Below, piece by piece: positions 29,596 through 39,276 of a DNA stretch of 64,000 nucleotides; within the stretch, counting starts at the first letter, position 1, and every line of letters starts with the position of its first letter. Made by a program: the position numbers and the translations under genes. This DNA is from Bacteroidales bacterium (GTDB lineage: Bacteria; Bacteroidota; Bacteroidia; Bacteroidales; UBA7960). Location: assembly GCA_003559735.1 (NCBI GenBank), contig PWKN01000260.1, forward strand, positions 6,235 through 70,234. The letters run 5' to 3'. The notes under the pieces were generated by a model. The model was given only the letters and a program-made list of their open reading frames with translations. It made no database searches and was not told the DNA's origin.

Positions 29596-30459
29596 TTATT
29601 TGTTTTTTCTGAACATGTTTATAAAACCAGAACCCCTCTCTTTTGACTCTTTGGAATCGTCGTCAGAACGGTAGAACTCACGCGCCAGGAATTCTTTCAG
29701 TTGTAAAGGTTTGACATTTCTCTGTATCTCTCCCATCTTCGACCATGAGATTTTTCCGGTTTGTTCACTTACAACCAGGGCCACAGCATCTGAAAGTTCG
29801 GTAACGCCAATTGCCGCCCGGTGACGGAGTCCGAGTGAAGCGGGTATTCTCCTGATCTCAGACACCGGCAGCACACAACGTGCAGCTGTGATACGGTTGT
29901 CAGAGATGATCACTGCCCCGTCGTGCAGTGGACTGTTTTTATAAAATATGGATCCGAGCAACTGTTCAGATATATCAGCATTCATCCGTTGCCCTGTTTC
30001 GATGAATGAGTCGAGCTCACTTTGTTTGGTTATGACGATAAGGGCTCCCGTTTTTTGTTCAGCAAATCCTTCGATGGCATTGACAATGGCCGGAATGTTC
30101 AGGTCTTCATCTTTCTCGATATGCCAGAGCCCCTTGAATAATTGTCGCGAGCCTCTTCCGATGATGCTTTTCTTCCCGATGATCAACAAAAACTTTCGTA
30201 TTTCGGGCTGGAACACAATGATCAGTGCCAAAACACCAACAGAGATAAACTCGCCAAGGAGGGCGGTCAGCAGTTCCATTTCAAAAATGCGAACCAGCCA
30301 CCACAGCAGATAGATTGCGAGGATCCCCAGAAAAATATTGATCGCACCCGTGCCCCTGATAAGGTTGTATAACTGGAAAAGCAGCAGGGCCACCAACAGG
30401 ATGTCGACCACATCGAGCAACCTGATTTGAATAAAGGCCGGTATCAGTATGTCTGGCAT
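29596..30459 (-). CDS. cdaA: Diadenylate cyclase CdaA (DisA_N/DAC domain, N-terminal TM helices)
   Basis: TGALIVI, HDGAVII and LGLRHRAAIGVTE motifs. Three N-terminal hydrophobic helices. Confidence 0.85.
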   Translation of the reverse strand: MPDILIPAFIQIRLLDVVDILLVALLLFQLYNLIRGTGAINIFLGILAIYLLWWLVRIFEMELLTALLGEFISVGVLALIIVFQPEIRKFLLIIGKKSIIGRGSRQLFKGLWHIEKDEDLNIPAIVNAIEGFAEQKTGALIVITKQSELDSFIETGQRMNADISEQLLGSIFYKNSPLHDGAVIISDNRITAARCVLPVSEIRRIPASLGLRHRAAIGVTELSDAVALVVSEQTGKISWSKMGEIQRNVKPLQLKEFLAREFYRSDDDSKESKERGSGFINMFRKNK

Positions 30460-30466
30460 ATTGCTT

Positions 30467-31348
30467 TTATTTATTGTTGTTATAAAAGGCCATGATCTCT
30501 ATTGCCTCCATAGCTTCTCTTACATCATGCACGCGAAGAATGTCAGCTCCCTTTTCAAGGGCAAGCGTGTTCAACACCGTCGTACCGTTCAGGGCCTGTT
30601 CCGGTTTTGTTCCCAACACTTTGCTGATCATTGATTTTCTTGAAAATCCAACCATCAGTGGCATATCAAATATGGAGAAATATTCGAGATTTGCCAGCAG
30701 CTGGTAATTGTGTTCAAGGGTTTTTCCGAATCCAAACCCGGGATCGATAATTATGTCGTGTACGCCCAGACTTTTAAGCATGTTGATCTTTTCAGAAAAA
30801 AATAAGGCAATGTCTTTCACAAGGTTGTTGTACGCCGGATGATCCTGCATGTTTCCGGGTCTTCCCTGCATGTGCATGATGATGTAAGGAACATTGTACC
30901 TGGCGACTGTTTCAAGCATTGCCGGATCGATACTGCCTGCCGAGATGTCATTGATCATATGTGCCCCGTTTTCTAACGCGACACGTGCCGTTGATGCATG
31001 ATAGGTATCGACAGATATAATGGCATTGGGAACATGTTGCACGATCATTTTCAGTGATGGCAACAGACGCTCCTGTTCTTCCCGCGGATCGGTGATGGGA
31101 GCACCCGGCCTGCTCGATGCAGCTCCAATATCAATAATGGATGCCCCTTCGCTCAAGTGCTTCTCTGCCAGCTTGGTAGCATCCCATGGCCGGAGGTATC
31201 TCCCGCCATCATAAAAAGAATCGGGAGTAATATTCACAACTCCCATAACCAAAGGTGAAGATAAATTTATAATTTTGCCTTTACAATTGAGGGTCTTTTT
31301 GGGGCAAAATACCGGTTCTTTCCGCATGGGATCCTGTGTTACATTCAA
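30467..31348 (-). CDS. folP: Dihydropteroate synthase
   Basis: VMGVVNITPDSFYDGG and IIDIGAASSRPG motifs. The true start may be an internal Met. Confidence 0.85.
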   Translation of the reverse strand: MNVTQDPMRKEPVFCPKKTLNCKGKIINLSSPLVMGVVNITPDSFYDGGRYLRPWDATKLAEKHLSEGASIIDIGAASSRPGAPITDPREEQERLLPSLKMIVQHVPNAIISVDTYHASTARVALENGAHMINDISAGSIDPAMLETVARYNVPYIIMHMQGRPGNMQDHPAYNNLVKDIALFFSEKINMLKSLGVHDIIIDPGFGFGKTLEHNYQLLANLEYFSIFDMPLMVGFSRKSMISKVLGTKPEQALNGTTVLNTLALEKGADILRVHDVREAMEAIEIMAFYNNNK

Positions 31349-31372
31349 TCGTCATTTCAACAGGGACACGTA

Positions 31373-31921
31373 ATGAGCAACGAAACAAAAACGGATCAGC
31401 AATACGCACAGATCATTGAGCTATGCAAAGATGTATTCCTCAAAAAGATGAAAGACTACGGCAATGCCTGGCGCATATTGCGGCCGTCGTCACTGACCGA
31501 CCAGGTCTATATAAAAGCGCAACGCATCCGCTCATTGCAAAGCAAAGGTACACAAAAAATACTGGAGGGAATTACACCCGAGTTCATCGGCATTGTGAAT
31601 TATTCCGTAATGGGACTGGTGCAGCTCGATTTGGGTGCTGCTGATACCGTTGATATTGATGAACATAAAGCGATCGAATTGTATCTCGGATATTTTGAAA
31701 AAGCCCGCAGACTCATGCGCGACAAAAATCACGATTATGGTGAAGCATGGCGTGATATGCGTGTTTCATCGCTGGCCGATATCATATTGATGAAGCTGCT
31801 TCGTATCAAACAGATTGAAGACAACGACGGGAAGGCCACTGTTTCGGAGGGTATTGATGCCAACTACTATGACATCATCAATTATGCCGTTTTTGCACTG
31901 ATCAGGATTGAGCTGGAGTGA
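31373..31921 (+). CDS. DUF1599 domain-containing protein
   Basis: Two internal repeats of the DYGNAWR/DYGEAWRDMR ... IKAQRIRSL/LRIKQI pattern. Divergent from folP, as I recall for this family. Confidence 0.6.
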   Translation: MSNETKTDQQYAQIIELCKDVFLKKMKDYGNAWRILRPSSLTDQVYIKAQRIRSLQSKGTQKILEGITPEFIGIVNYSVMGLVQLDLGAADTVDIDEHKAIELYLGYFEKARRLMRDKNHDYGEAWRDMRVSSLADIILMKLLRIKQIEDNDGKATVSEGIDANYYDIINYAVFALIRIELE

Positions 31922-32031
31922 CCGGACGGCTGTATGGAAAGATTTAAAGAAATGTGTGGTTTTGCCGGCTGACTTCCTGGTTGTGTTAAGGCCACCCAGA
32001 AAAAAATGTCAAACTATAAAAATAGTACACA

Positions 32032-32829
32032 ATGATGAGAAAAAGAATTGTTGCGGGAAACTGGAAAATGAACCTTAGTCTTGATGAGGCCATGGCACTG
32101 GCAAACGAATTAAAGGTGAAGATCGACGCCCTCAGGGGGAGTGCAGTGGCTGAAGAAGACAACCCATTGCCTGAGGTGGTGTTGTTTCCGCCATACGTAT
32201 ACATCACGCGAATACTGGATATGTTTTCAGGTTATAAGGGAGTGTGGGTTGGATCACAGAATTGCCATCATGAGGAGCAGGGTGCATACACTGGCGAAGT
32301 TGCCTCCCTTATGATCAGGTCGGCAGGAGCGTCGCATGTGATCATAGGCCATTCAGAAAGAAGAAGCCAGTTTGGCGAAGATGATGCACTCCTTGCCCGG
32401 AAAACAAAGCAGGCACTAAAAAACGGACTTACACCGGTGTTTTGTTGCGGGGAGATGCTTCCTGAACGTGAAGCGGGAACACATTTCGGGGTTGTTACTG
32501 AGCAGCTGAAAAACGGATTGTTCTGGATGGATGAATCGCAGCTTGCCAAAACAGTGATTGCCTACGAGCCGGTATGGGCCATAGGAACCGGCGTTACTGC
32601 CAGTCCGGATCAGGCGCAGGAGATGCATGCGCACATCAGGAAGCTGGTGGCCGGTACGTACGGTGAACCATCTGCTGAAAACATGACCATCTTGTATGGT
32701 GGTAGCTGCAATGCAAAAAATGCCACCGACCTGTTTTCCCAACCCGATGTAGATGGCGGATTGATTGGTGGTGCGTCGCTGAAGGCAGACGACTTTTCAC
32801 GGATCATCCAAAGCTTATGGACTACATAG
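32032..32829 (+). CDS. tpiA: Triose-phosphate isomerase
   Basis: VAGNWKMN, IIGHSERR and IAYEPVWAIGTG motifs. Confidence 0.9.
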   Translation: MMRKRIVAGNWKMNLSLDEAMALANELKVKIDALRGSAVAEEDNPLPEVVLFPPYVYITRILDMFSGYKGVWVGSQNCHHEEQGAYTGEVASLMIRSAGASHVIIGHSERRSQFGEDDALLARKTKQALKNGLTPVFCCGEMLPEREAGTHFGVVTEQLKNGLFWMDESQLAKTVIAYEPVWAIGTGVTASPDQAQEMHAHIRKLVAGTYGEPSAENMTILYGGSCNAKNATDLFSQPDVDGGLIGGASLKADDFSRIIQSLWTT

Positions 32830-33662
32830 AGGCATATTGCCAGGTTGAGCCGGTTGATCCATGGAGAGATATTCTGATCGCCGAACTTGCCGATATCGGT
32901 TTTGAAAGCTTCTCTGAAGAAATAGATGGTTTTAAGGCCTATATCCCAGCCTGCGATTACCGTCCGGATGCATTCATTTCCATTCACGACAAGTACGTCA
33001 AGGGTGGTCCCCGTAACCTGTCTTTTGAATTAACGCGCATTGGTGGAAAAAACTGGAATGCAGTGTGGGAGAGCAACTTCGACCCGGTATTGATCGGTAA
33101 TGCATGCTACATCAGGGCACCATTCCATGATCCACCGGGCGACGTGTTGCACGATGTTGTCATAGAGCCCAAAATGTCGTTTGGTACCGGACACCATGAA
33201 ACAACCAGTTTGATCGTTGAATGGTTGCTGGAAACAGATCTGAATGACCTGTCGGTGCTTGACATGGGGTCGGGCACAGGAGTGCTGGCGATCATTGCCC
33301 ACAAAATGGGGGCCGGCAAGGTTACAGCCATCGACAATTATGTTTATGCATATGAGAATACAAAAGAGAATGCACTCGGCAACGGGATCAATAACATGCG
33401 TGTTTTGCACGGCGATGCGACACTCCTCGGTGATGAGCTGTTTGATGTGATCATTGCCAACATAACCCGGAATGTCCTGCTGGAGGATATGGCTGTTTAT
33501 GAAAAGGTTCTGCACAAGGGGGGTATTATGCTGTTAAGCGGCTTTCTTTATTTCGATAAAGATGCTATCTTTGTGAAAGCGAATCGCCTGGGTTTGGAGT
33601 TGGCTGGAGAAAAAATGCAAAAAGACTGGGTGTCACTGAAATTCAATAAACCCATAAAATAA
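32817..33662 (+). CDS. prmA: Ribosomal protein L11 methyltransferase
   Basis: IEPKMSFGTGHHETT and VLDMGSGTGVLAI motifs. 13-nt overlap with tpiA. Confidence 0.85.
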   Translation: MDYIEAYCQVEPVDPWRDILIAELADIGFESFSEEIDGFKAYIPACDYRPDAFISIHDKYVKGGPRNLSFELTRIGGKNWNAVWESNFDPVLIGNACYIRAPFHDPPGDVLHDVVIEPKMSFGTGHHETTSLIVEWLLETDLNDLSVLDMGSGTGVLAIIAHKMGAGKVTAIDNYVYAYENTKENALGNGINNMRVLHGDATLLGDELFDVIIANITRNVLLEDMAVYEKVLHKGGIMLLSGFLYFDKDAIFVKANRLGLELAGEKMQKDWVSLKFNKPIK

Positions 33663-33667
33663 TTGAG

Positions 33668-34303
33668 ATGGATTTGACCAGCTATTTTTACATAGTAACA
33701 GCAGCAATATTTGCCTACCTTCTGGGCTCTTTACCCACAGCCGTTTGGGCTGGTAAAATATTGCGCGGCATAGACATTCGTGAGCATGGCAGCGGCAATG
33801 CTGGTGCTACCAATGCCATGCGTGTACTTGGACCAGGAATCGGTGTTGCCGTGCTGCTGATAGATGCCGCAAAAGGGATTGCCGCCGTTGCGTTGGCAGG
33901 TTACGTCGGACAAGCATATTTTTCTGATGAGGTCTTTGTATTGTTTCAATTGTTTTTTGGTGCCATGGCAGTGCTGGGTCATGTGTTCCCGGTATTTGCC
34001 TCCTTCAGGGGAGGAAAGGGGATCGCCACACTCGTAGGGGTGGTGTTCATTATGTTCCCCGGTGCATTTCTCATTTGTCTGGCTGTTTTCCTGGCAACGT
34101 TCCTTGCAACGCGCTACGTATCTCTTGGATCGCTGATGGCTGCTGTTGCACTGCCCGTTGTGGTGATATGGATCAAAGACATTACTCTGCTTCCAAAGGT
34201 TATTTTTGCTATTTCGGTGGCATTTTTTGTGCCCATTACCCATAAGAACAACATCAAAAGGTTGCTAAGCGGTAAAGAGAACAGGATCTCGTTCAGGAGA
34301 TAG
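33668..34303 (+). CDS. plsY: Glycerol-3-phosphate acyltransferase PlsY
   Basis: GSGNAGATN and FRGGKGIAT motifs. Multi-TM. Confidence 0.9.
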   Translation: MDLTSYFYIVTAAIFAYLLGSLPTAVWAGKILRGIDIREHGSGNAGATNAMRVLGPGIGVAVLLIDAAKGIAAVALAGYVGQAYFSDEVFVLFQLFFGAMAVLGHVFPVFASFRGGKGIATLVGVVFIMFPGAFLICLAVFLATFLATRYVSLGSLMAAVALPVVVIWIKDITLLPKVIFAISVAFFVPITHKNNIKRLLSGKENRISFRR

Positions 34304-34313
34304 CTGTTGTCTG

Positions 34314-34517
34314 CACTTTCCCATAAAATTTTTTCATGCGTCTGTTTGAAGTTTCGCATAAAAAAATTTTATGTACATTTCTCCTGTAATAAACCCACCA
34401 GCATTTTGTATGAAAAATTACAAAATGCTGGTGTACAGGAGGAACCGCTTCGCTTTCCCATAAAATTTTTTCATGCATCTGTTTGAAGTTTCGCATAAAA
34501 AAATTTTATGTACATTT
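34314..34517. repeat. Two 67-bp direct repeats (137-bp period), each an imperfect 19-bp inverted repeat ending in a promoter-like ttttatgtacattt
   Basis: 34314-34380 and 34451-34517 differ at about 2 positions. The arms are cataaaattttttcatgcg / cgcataaaaaaattttatg. The second copy ends in TACATTTG (34511-34518) and the first in TACATTTC. Confidence 0.85.
34396..34433. other. Perfect 15-bp-stem hairpin between the two repeat copies
   Basis: caccagcattttgta - tgaaaaat - tacaaaatgctggtg. No clear T-tract follows on the plus strand. It could be the plsY terminator or part of a small transcript. Confidence 0.6.
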
Positions 34518-34653
34518 GTTCAATGGATGTTTGGCGTAAAAGGGAGGAAAATGCCTTATCCGGGCAATTGCGCGTTCCGTTCGATTGAATGATGTGCTTG
34601 CTTTGAGCCATTAACAGTGTACAGTTGTTTTATTGTAAAAAGGTCATGATCCG

Positions 34654-35541
34654 GTGAAAACGCAAACAAAAAAATGTGATCAATTAAAGGTAAGCCGACC
34701 TGCTGATCGTTTTAAGGACAGGTATCCTGCAGGGATCATCCTGTCAGTACCTTCATTGACTTTCGTTTTGGTCCTGGTCATGTTGTGGTCATCATGCGCC
34801 ACGGTACCCGTTTCGGGACGCCGTCAGCTGCGTTTCCTGCCTGAGGGACTGCTGAGCGAGATGGCCGCCTCCAACTACCAGGCGTTCATGAATGAGCACA
34901 AGGTTGTGCCCATCACTGATGCGCGTGCAGAGATGGTGCAGCGCAGTGGCAAGAAAATATCTGATGCTGTGGTGGAGTATCTCAGGGAAACTGGTCAGGC
35001 GCGCAGGGTGCAGGATTTTAACTGGGAGTTTCAGTTGGTTGAGAGTGACCAGGTGAACGCATGGGCTATGCCTGGCGGAAAAGTGGCCATCTATACCGGT
35101 ATTCTCGATCTTACACAGGATGAAAACGGATTGGCGGTGGTTATGTCGCATGAAATCGCCCACGCGGTGGCAAGGCATGGCAACGAACGGATGAGTCAGC
35201 AGCTCCTGCTTGCCATGGGAGCCATCAGCCTTGATGTTGCATTGCGTGAAAAACCGCAGGAGACAAGGGATATTTTCCTGATGGCTTATGGAGTGGGAGG
35301 AACCCTGGGATCATTGGCATACAGCCGTCAGCATGAATATGAGGCAGATGCGCTGGGCATGACCTTCATGGCAATGGCAGGATACGATCCATCCCATGCG
35401 ATCTCCTTTTGGGAAAGGATGCTGGCATACTCAGGAGGTGCGCAAGTACCGGCCTTCCTCAGTACCCATCCCACCAATGCAGCAAGAATTGCTGCAGCAA
35501 AAGAATACCTGCCTGAAGCGATGAAACATTACAGGCCCTGA
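34654..35541 (+). CDS. M48 family zinc metallopeptidase (lipoprotein-type)
   Basis: HEIAHAVARH zinc motif. Lipobox-like LWSSC. GTG start, uncertain. Confidence 0.8.
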   Translation: MKTQTKKCDQLKVSRPADRFKDRYPAGIILSVPSLTFVLVLVMLWSSCATVPVSGRRQLRFLPEGLLSEMAASNYQAFMNEHKVVPITDARAEMVQRSGKKISDAVVEYLRETGQARRVQDFNWEFQLVESDQVNAWAMPGGKVAIYTGILDLTQDENGLAVVMSHEIAHAVARHGNERMSQQLLLAMGAISLDVALREKPQETRDIFLMAYGVGGTLGSLAYSRQHEYEADALGMTFMAMAGYDPSHAISFWERMLAYSGGAQVPAFLSTHPTNAARIAAAKEYLPEAMKHYRP

Positions 35542-35631
35542 TTTTGTTGATACAGAACCGGGCAGTTTTATGGGTGATATGGGCAATACCGGGAATATTG
35601 AAAATGATCATTCAGCGAAAAATTGTGACAC

Positions 35632-36102
35632 ATGATATGGTTAATCGTACTCAGCCTGATCGTCGTGGGAATAGTATTCCTGCTTCTTGAGATATTGGTG
35701 GTTCCCGGTGCCACGGTAGTTGGACTTTTCGGGGTGGGACTCGTTGTGGCTGGAATAGTCGTGGCTTTTAATCATTACGGTGTGGAGACAGGGGTGATAA
35801 CCCTTATTGGCACATTGGTGGTAAGCATCCTGGCGATTGGTATTGCCTTGCGTTCAAATACCTGGAAAAAAGCCATGCACAGCTCAACACTCGAGGGCAG
35901 GGTCAACATTGTTGAAGCCGGCAAGGTGGCAAAAGGGGATGAGGGGATCGCCATTACCCGGCTGAATCCAATGGGTAAAGCCCTGATAGAGGAAGAATAT
36001 TATGAGGTTCGTTCAAAAGACAACCTTATTGCTGAAAATACACCGATTGTGGTGCTGAAGGTGGAAGGAAACAAAATTATTGTGAAATCTAAAGAAGAAT
36101 AG
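35632..36102 (+). CDS. NfeD family membrane protein
   Basis: Three or four N-terminal TM helices plus a C-terminal OB-like domain ([24 protein letters not shown]...[13 protein letters not shown]). Lies immediately upstream of floA. Confidence 0.75.
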   Translation: MIWLIVLSLIVVGIVFLLLEILVVPGATVVGLFGVGLVVAGIVVAFNHYGVETGVITLIGTLVVSILAIGIALRSNTWKKAMHSSTLEGRVNIVEAGKVAKGDEGIAITRLNPMGKALIEEEYYEVRSKDNLIAENTPIVVLKVEGNKIIVKSKEE

Positions 36103-36104
36103 AA

Positions 36105-37112
36105 ATGGACAACATTGGAGTGATTATTGCCATCGCCCTTGTGAGTATTGTAGGGTTATGGATCATCTTTTACTTTATACCCGTGGGTTTGTGGTTTTCT
36201 GCACTGGTATCGGGTGTTCGAATCAGTTTGTTACAGCTGGTATTAATGCGCTGGCGTAAAATTCCGCCGGCAGTGATTGTCAACAACCTGATCTCAGCGA
36301 CCAAAGCGGGATTGACACTGAACCGAAATGACCTGGAGGCGCATTACCTGGCAGGTGGACGGGTAAAGGCTGTTGTGAATGCCCTCATCAGCGCTGATAA
36401 AGCGAACATACCGCTCGACTTCAAGACAGCAACGGCCATCGACCTTGCCGGACGGGATGTGCTGGAGGCTGTTCAGATGTCGGTTAAGCCAAAAGTGATC
36501 AACACGCCCCCTGTTGCTGCTGTGGCAAAAGATGGTATCCAGCTCATTGCCAAGGCCAGGGTGACACTGCGTGCCAACATCAAACAACTGGTGGGAGGTG
36601 CCGGTGAAGAAACCATCCTTGCAAGGGTGGGTGAGGGGATTGTGACCTCCATTGGTTCGGCACAACACCACAAACAGGTGCTGGAGAACCCCGACAGCAT
36701 TTCAAAAGTGGTATTGTCAAAAGGACTTGACTCTGGTACCGCTTATGAAATTCTTTCTATCGATATTGCCGACATTGACGTGGGTAAGAATATTGGTGCT
36801 ATGCTGCAGATCGACCAGGCAAATGCCGACAAGAACATTGCACAGGCCAAGGCAGAAGAGCGCCGTGCTATGGCAGTGGCAGCAGAACAGGAGATGAAGG
36901 CAAAAGCCCAGGAAGCAAGGGCAAAGGTGATCCAGGAAGAAGCAGAGATCCCAAAAGCGATCTCAGAATCGTTCAGAAGCGGAAACCTGGGAATTATGGA
37001 TTTCTACCGCATGGAAAACATAAAAGCCGACACCTCCATGAGAGACCAGATCAGCAAACCAGGCAGCCATTCACAAGGAAAAGGAAAGTCGGGCGATAGT
37101 CCGTCGAAATAA
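36105..37112 (+). CDS. floA: Flotillin-like protein FloA (UPF0365/YqfA family, SPFH)
   Basis: N-terminus [35 protein letters not shown] and the Ala/Glu-rich coiled region [30 protein letters not shown]. Confidence 0.8.
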   Translation: MDNIGVIIAIALVSIVGLWIIFYFIPVGLWFSALVSGVRISLLQLVLMRWRKIPPAVIVNNLISATKAGLTLNRNDLEAHYLAGGRVKAVVNALISADKANIPLDFKTATAIDLAGRDVLEAVQMSVKPKVINTPPVAAVAKDGIQLIAKARVTLRANIKQLVGGAGEETILARVGEGIVTSIGSAQHHKQVLENPDSISKVVLSKGLDSGTAYEILSIDIADIDVGKNIGAMLQIDQANADKNIAQAKAEERRAMAVAAEQEMKAKAQEARAKVIQEEAEIPKAISESFRSGNLGIMDFYRMENIKADTSMRDQISKPGSHSQGKGKSGDSPSK

Positions 37113-37229
37113 TTACACCGGAAAACCGTTATGATCCCAGGGATAACCCGGCATGGACATATTGGTATGAACAGTAATAATCTATTCGATTACCCTTCGT
37201 GGCTGATTCTTTTGTGTTTGTTCTGCTGA

Positions 37230-39257
37230 TTGGTTTACAGCGCGTTGCTGTATTACAAAAACACGAAAGCCGGTTTTGCCCTATACCTGAAACGGATCCT
37301 GGCAGTATTCCGCTTCCTGGTGGTGAGCGTGCTGGCTTTTCTTTTGCTTGCTCCGCTGGTTCAGAAACGGAGTGAGCATGTCGAAGAACCTTTGCTTATA
37401 TTTTTGCAGGATAATTCGGGATCGTTGCTATATGCTCAGGATGCGGCCTGGTATGAGGAGGAATATGTTCCCGGACTCGATGGTTTTATGGAGACGGCGT
37501 CTGGTTTTTTTGACACCCGCCTGTATACTTTTGGTGAGCAATTCTCACGCGATGGCGACATTGACTTTTCTGAACGTGTTACAGACATGTCGGATGCTTT
37601 TCGCGAGGTTGATCGACGCTATAGCAACCGTAACGTCGGGGCGATCATCGTGGCTGGAGATGGCTTGTACAACAGGGGGATGAACCCTCTGTATGCCGCT
37701 TCCGGCTTAAACCACCCCTTGTATACCATTGCCATGGGCGACACCACGGTGCGCCGTGATTTGATCCTGAAACAGGTAAACCATAACCAGATCACATACC
37801 TTGGTAATCATTTTCCGGTTGAAATTGTTGCAGAAGGACTGCAGTGCGGCAGACTGACTACCAACCTGACCGTGCGCAGAGATGGAGAGGAGTTGTATTC
37901 TGAGCGGATCACCCTTGCATCAGACCACCATATTGAGACCATCAGTTTTCACCTGGAGGCAGACAAACCGGGTATGCAGCAATACCATGCGGCACTGTCT
38001 CCTGTTGAAGACGAAATAAGCGTTGAGAACAATCACCGGGATTTCTTCATTGATGTGATCGACGGACGACAGCAGGTGCTGATCCTTGCCAACAGTCCGC
38101 ATCCTGATGTTGGCGCCATCAGGGAATCTTTACTGAACAACGATCACTATGAAGCTGATGTGTTTCTGAAAGACGATTTTTCAGGCAGCCTGGAAGCCTA
38201 TGACCTGGTAATATTGCACCAGCTGCCATCGCGCAGGCATCCGTTGGACGATCTCTTTGAACAGGCTGGTAATGCCGATGCATCGTTGTTGTTTATCCTC
38301 GGGAAACAAACCAGTATTGATTTGTTTAACCGGCTGCCGCATGGAATTGGCATTGAGCGGACAGGAACGTCTGAGCTGATTGAATCACTGCCTGTATACA
38401 ACCAGGGTTTTGTCCTTTTTTCAATGCACGAGTCAACCCGGAACCTGTTTGACCAGGTACCCCCTCTCTATTCTCCTTTTGCCAGTTACTCCGTTCCTGG
38501 TAATACCCATACCATGCTGACCCAGAAAATTGGCAGTGTGGCAACCACACGACCCCTGGTCTTTTTTTCCGGATTTGGAGACAGGCGTACCGGTGTAATA
38601 ACTGGCGAGGGGATATGGCGATGGCGCCTGCACTCCTATCTGCACAACCAACACCACCAGGCTTTTGATGATATGATGGCAAGAATGGTTCAATACCTGG
38701 CCCTGCAGGAAGACAGAAGGCTGTTCAGGGTACAGGCGGAAAGTCTGGTTGATGAAAATGAAAACGTCCTCTTTGAAGCCGAATTGTATAACCCAAGCTA
38801 TGAGTTGATCAATGATCCCGAAGTTCACCTGGTGATCACCAATGAAGAGGGCATCGATTTTCCTTATACCATGGGACGTACATCCAATGCCTACCGGCTT
38901 GATGCCGGGAGCTTCGGATCAGGTACTTACCAGTGGAGCGCCAGGGTGCATGCCGGGGGAGAACTCCTTACAGATGAGGGGGTGTTCACAGTAAGTGCCC
39001 TCGACCTCGAGGGTCAACGTACCATAGCGGACCATAACCTGCTATTCCAGTTGTCGGAAAACTCTGGTGCAGAAATGTATGGTCCTGACCAGTGGGATGA
39101 GCTGATGGCCGGACTACTGGAAAGAGATGACATCAGTCCGCGGTTGTATGAACATAAAGAATATGTTGAGATAATAAATCTTAAGGTCTTGTTCTTTATA
39201 ATTTTGCTTCTGCTTTCGACAGAGTGGTTCATAAGAAAAAGGAGCGGGGGTTATTAA
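37230..39257 (+). CDS. VWA-like membrane protein (MIDAS-like DxSxS, N- and C-terminal TM anchors); N-terminus interrupted by an in-frame TGA
   Basis: LLIFLQDNSGSL (DxSxS). TM segment LAVFRFLVVSVLAFLLLAPL. C-terminal anchor VLFFIILLLLSTEWFIRKRSGGY. The ORF track starts at a TTG directly after the TGA at 37227-37229. The ATG at 37167 is in the same frame. Confidence 0.5.
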   Translation: MVYSALLYYKNTKAGFALYLKRILAVFRFLVVSVLAFLLLAPLVQKRSEHVEEPLLIFLQDNSGSLLYAQDAAWYEEEYVPGLDGFMETASGFFDTRLYTFGEQFSRDGDIDFSERVTDMSDAFREVDRRYSNRNVGAIIVAGDGLYNRGMNPLYAASGLNHPLYTIAMGDTTVRRDLILKQVNHNQITYLGNHFPVEIVAEGLQCGRLTTNLTVRRDGEELYSERITLASDHHIETISFHLEADKPGMQQYHAALSPVEDEISVENNHRDFFIDVIDGRQQVLILANSPHPDVGAIRESLLNNDHYEADVFLKDDFSGSLEAYDLVILHQLPSRRHPLDDLFEQAGNADASLLFILGKQTSIDLFNRLPHGIGIERTGTSELIESLPVYNQGFVLFSMHESTRNLFDQVPPLYSPFASYSVPGNTHTMLTQKIGSVATTRPLVFFSGFGDRRTGVITGEGIWRWRLHSYLHNQHHQAFDDMMARMVQYLALQEDRRLFRVQAESLVDENENVLFEAELYNPSYELINDPEVHLVITNEEGIDFPYTMGRTSNAYRLDAGSFGSGTYQWSARVHAGGELLTDEGVFTVSALDLEGQRTIADHNLLFQLSENSGAEMYGPDQWDELMAGLLERDDISPRLYEHKEYVEIINLKVLFFIILLLLSTEWFIRKRSGGY

Positions 39258-39276
39258 TGGTATAAAACTGACTTGT

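Noticed and set aside
33731-34243. 170-aa minus-strand ORF
   Set aside because: It is antisense to plsY.
34114-34496. Two minus-strand ORFs beginning MRNFKQ[T/M]HEKILWES
   Set aside because: Their similar N-termini come from the 67-bp DNA repeat. One ORF runs antisense into plsY. There is no promoter or family support.
37227-37229. Genome-wide TGA reassignment (code 4/25) or selenocysteine as an explanation for the in-frame TGA
   Set aside because: TGA clearly terminates other well-supported genes here (for example at 8294-8296 and 24664-24666). I see no SECIS-like hairpin immediately downstream.
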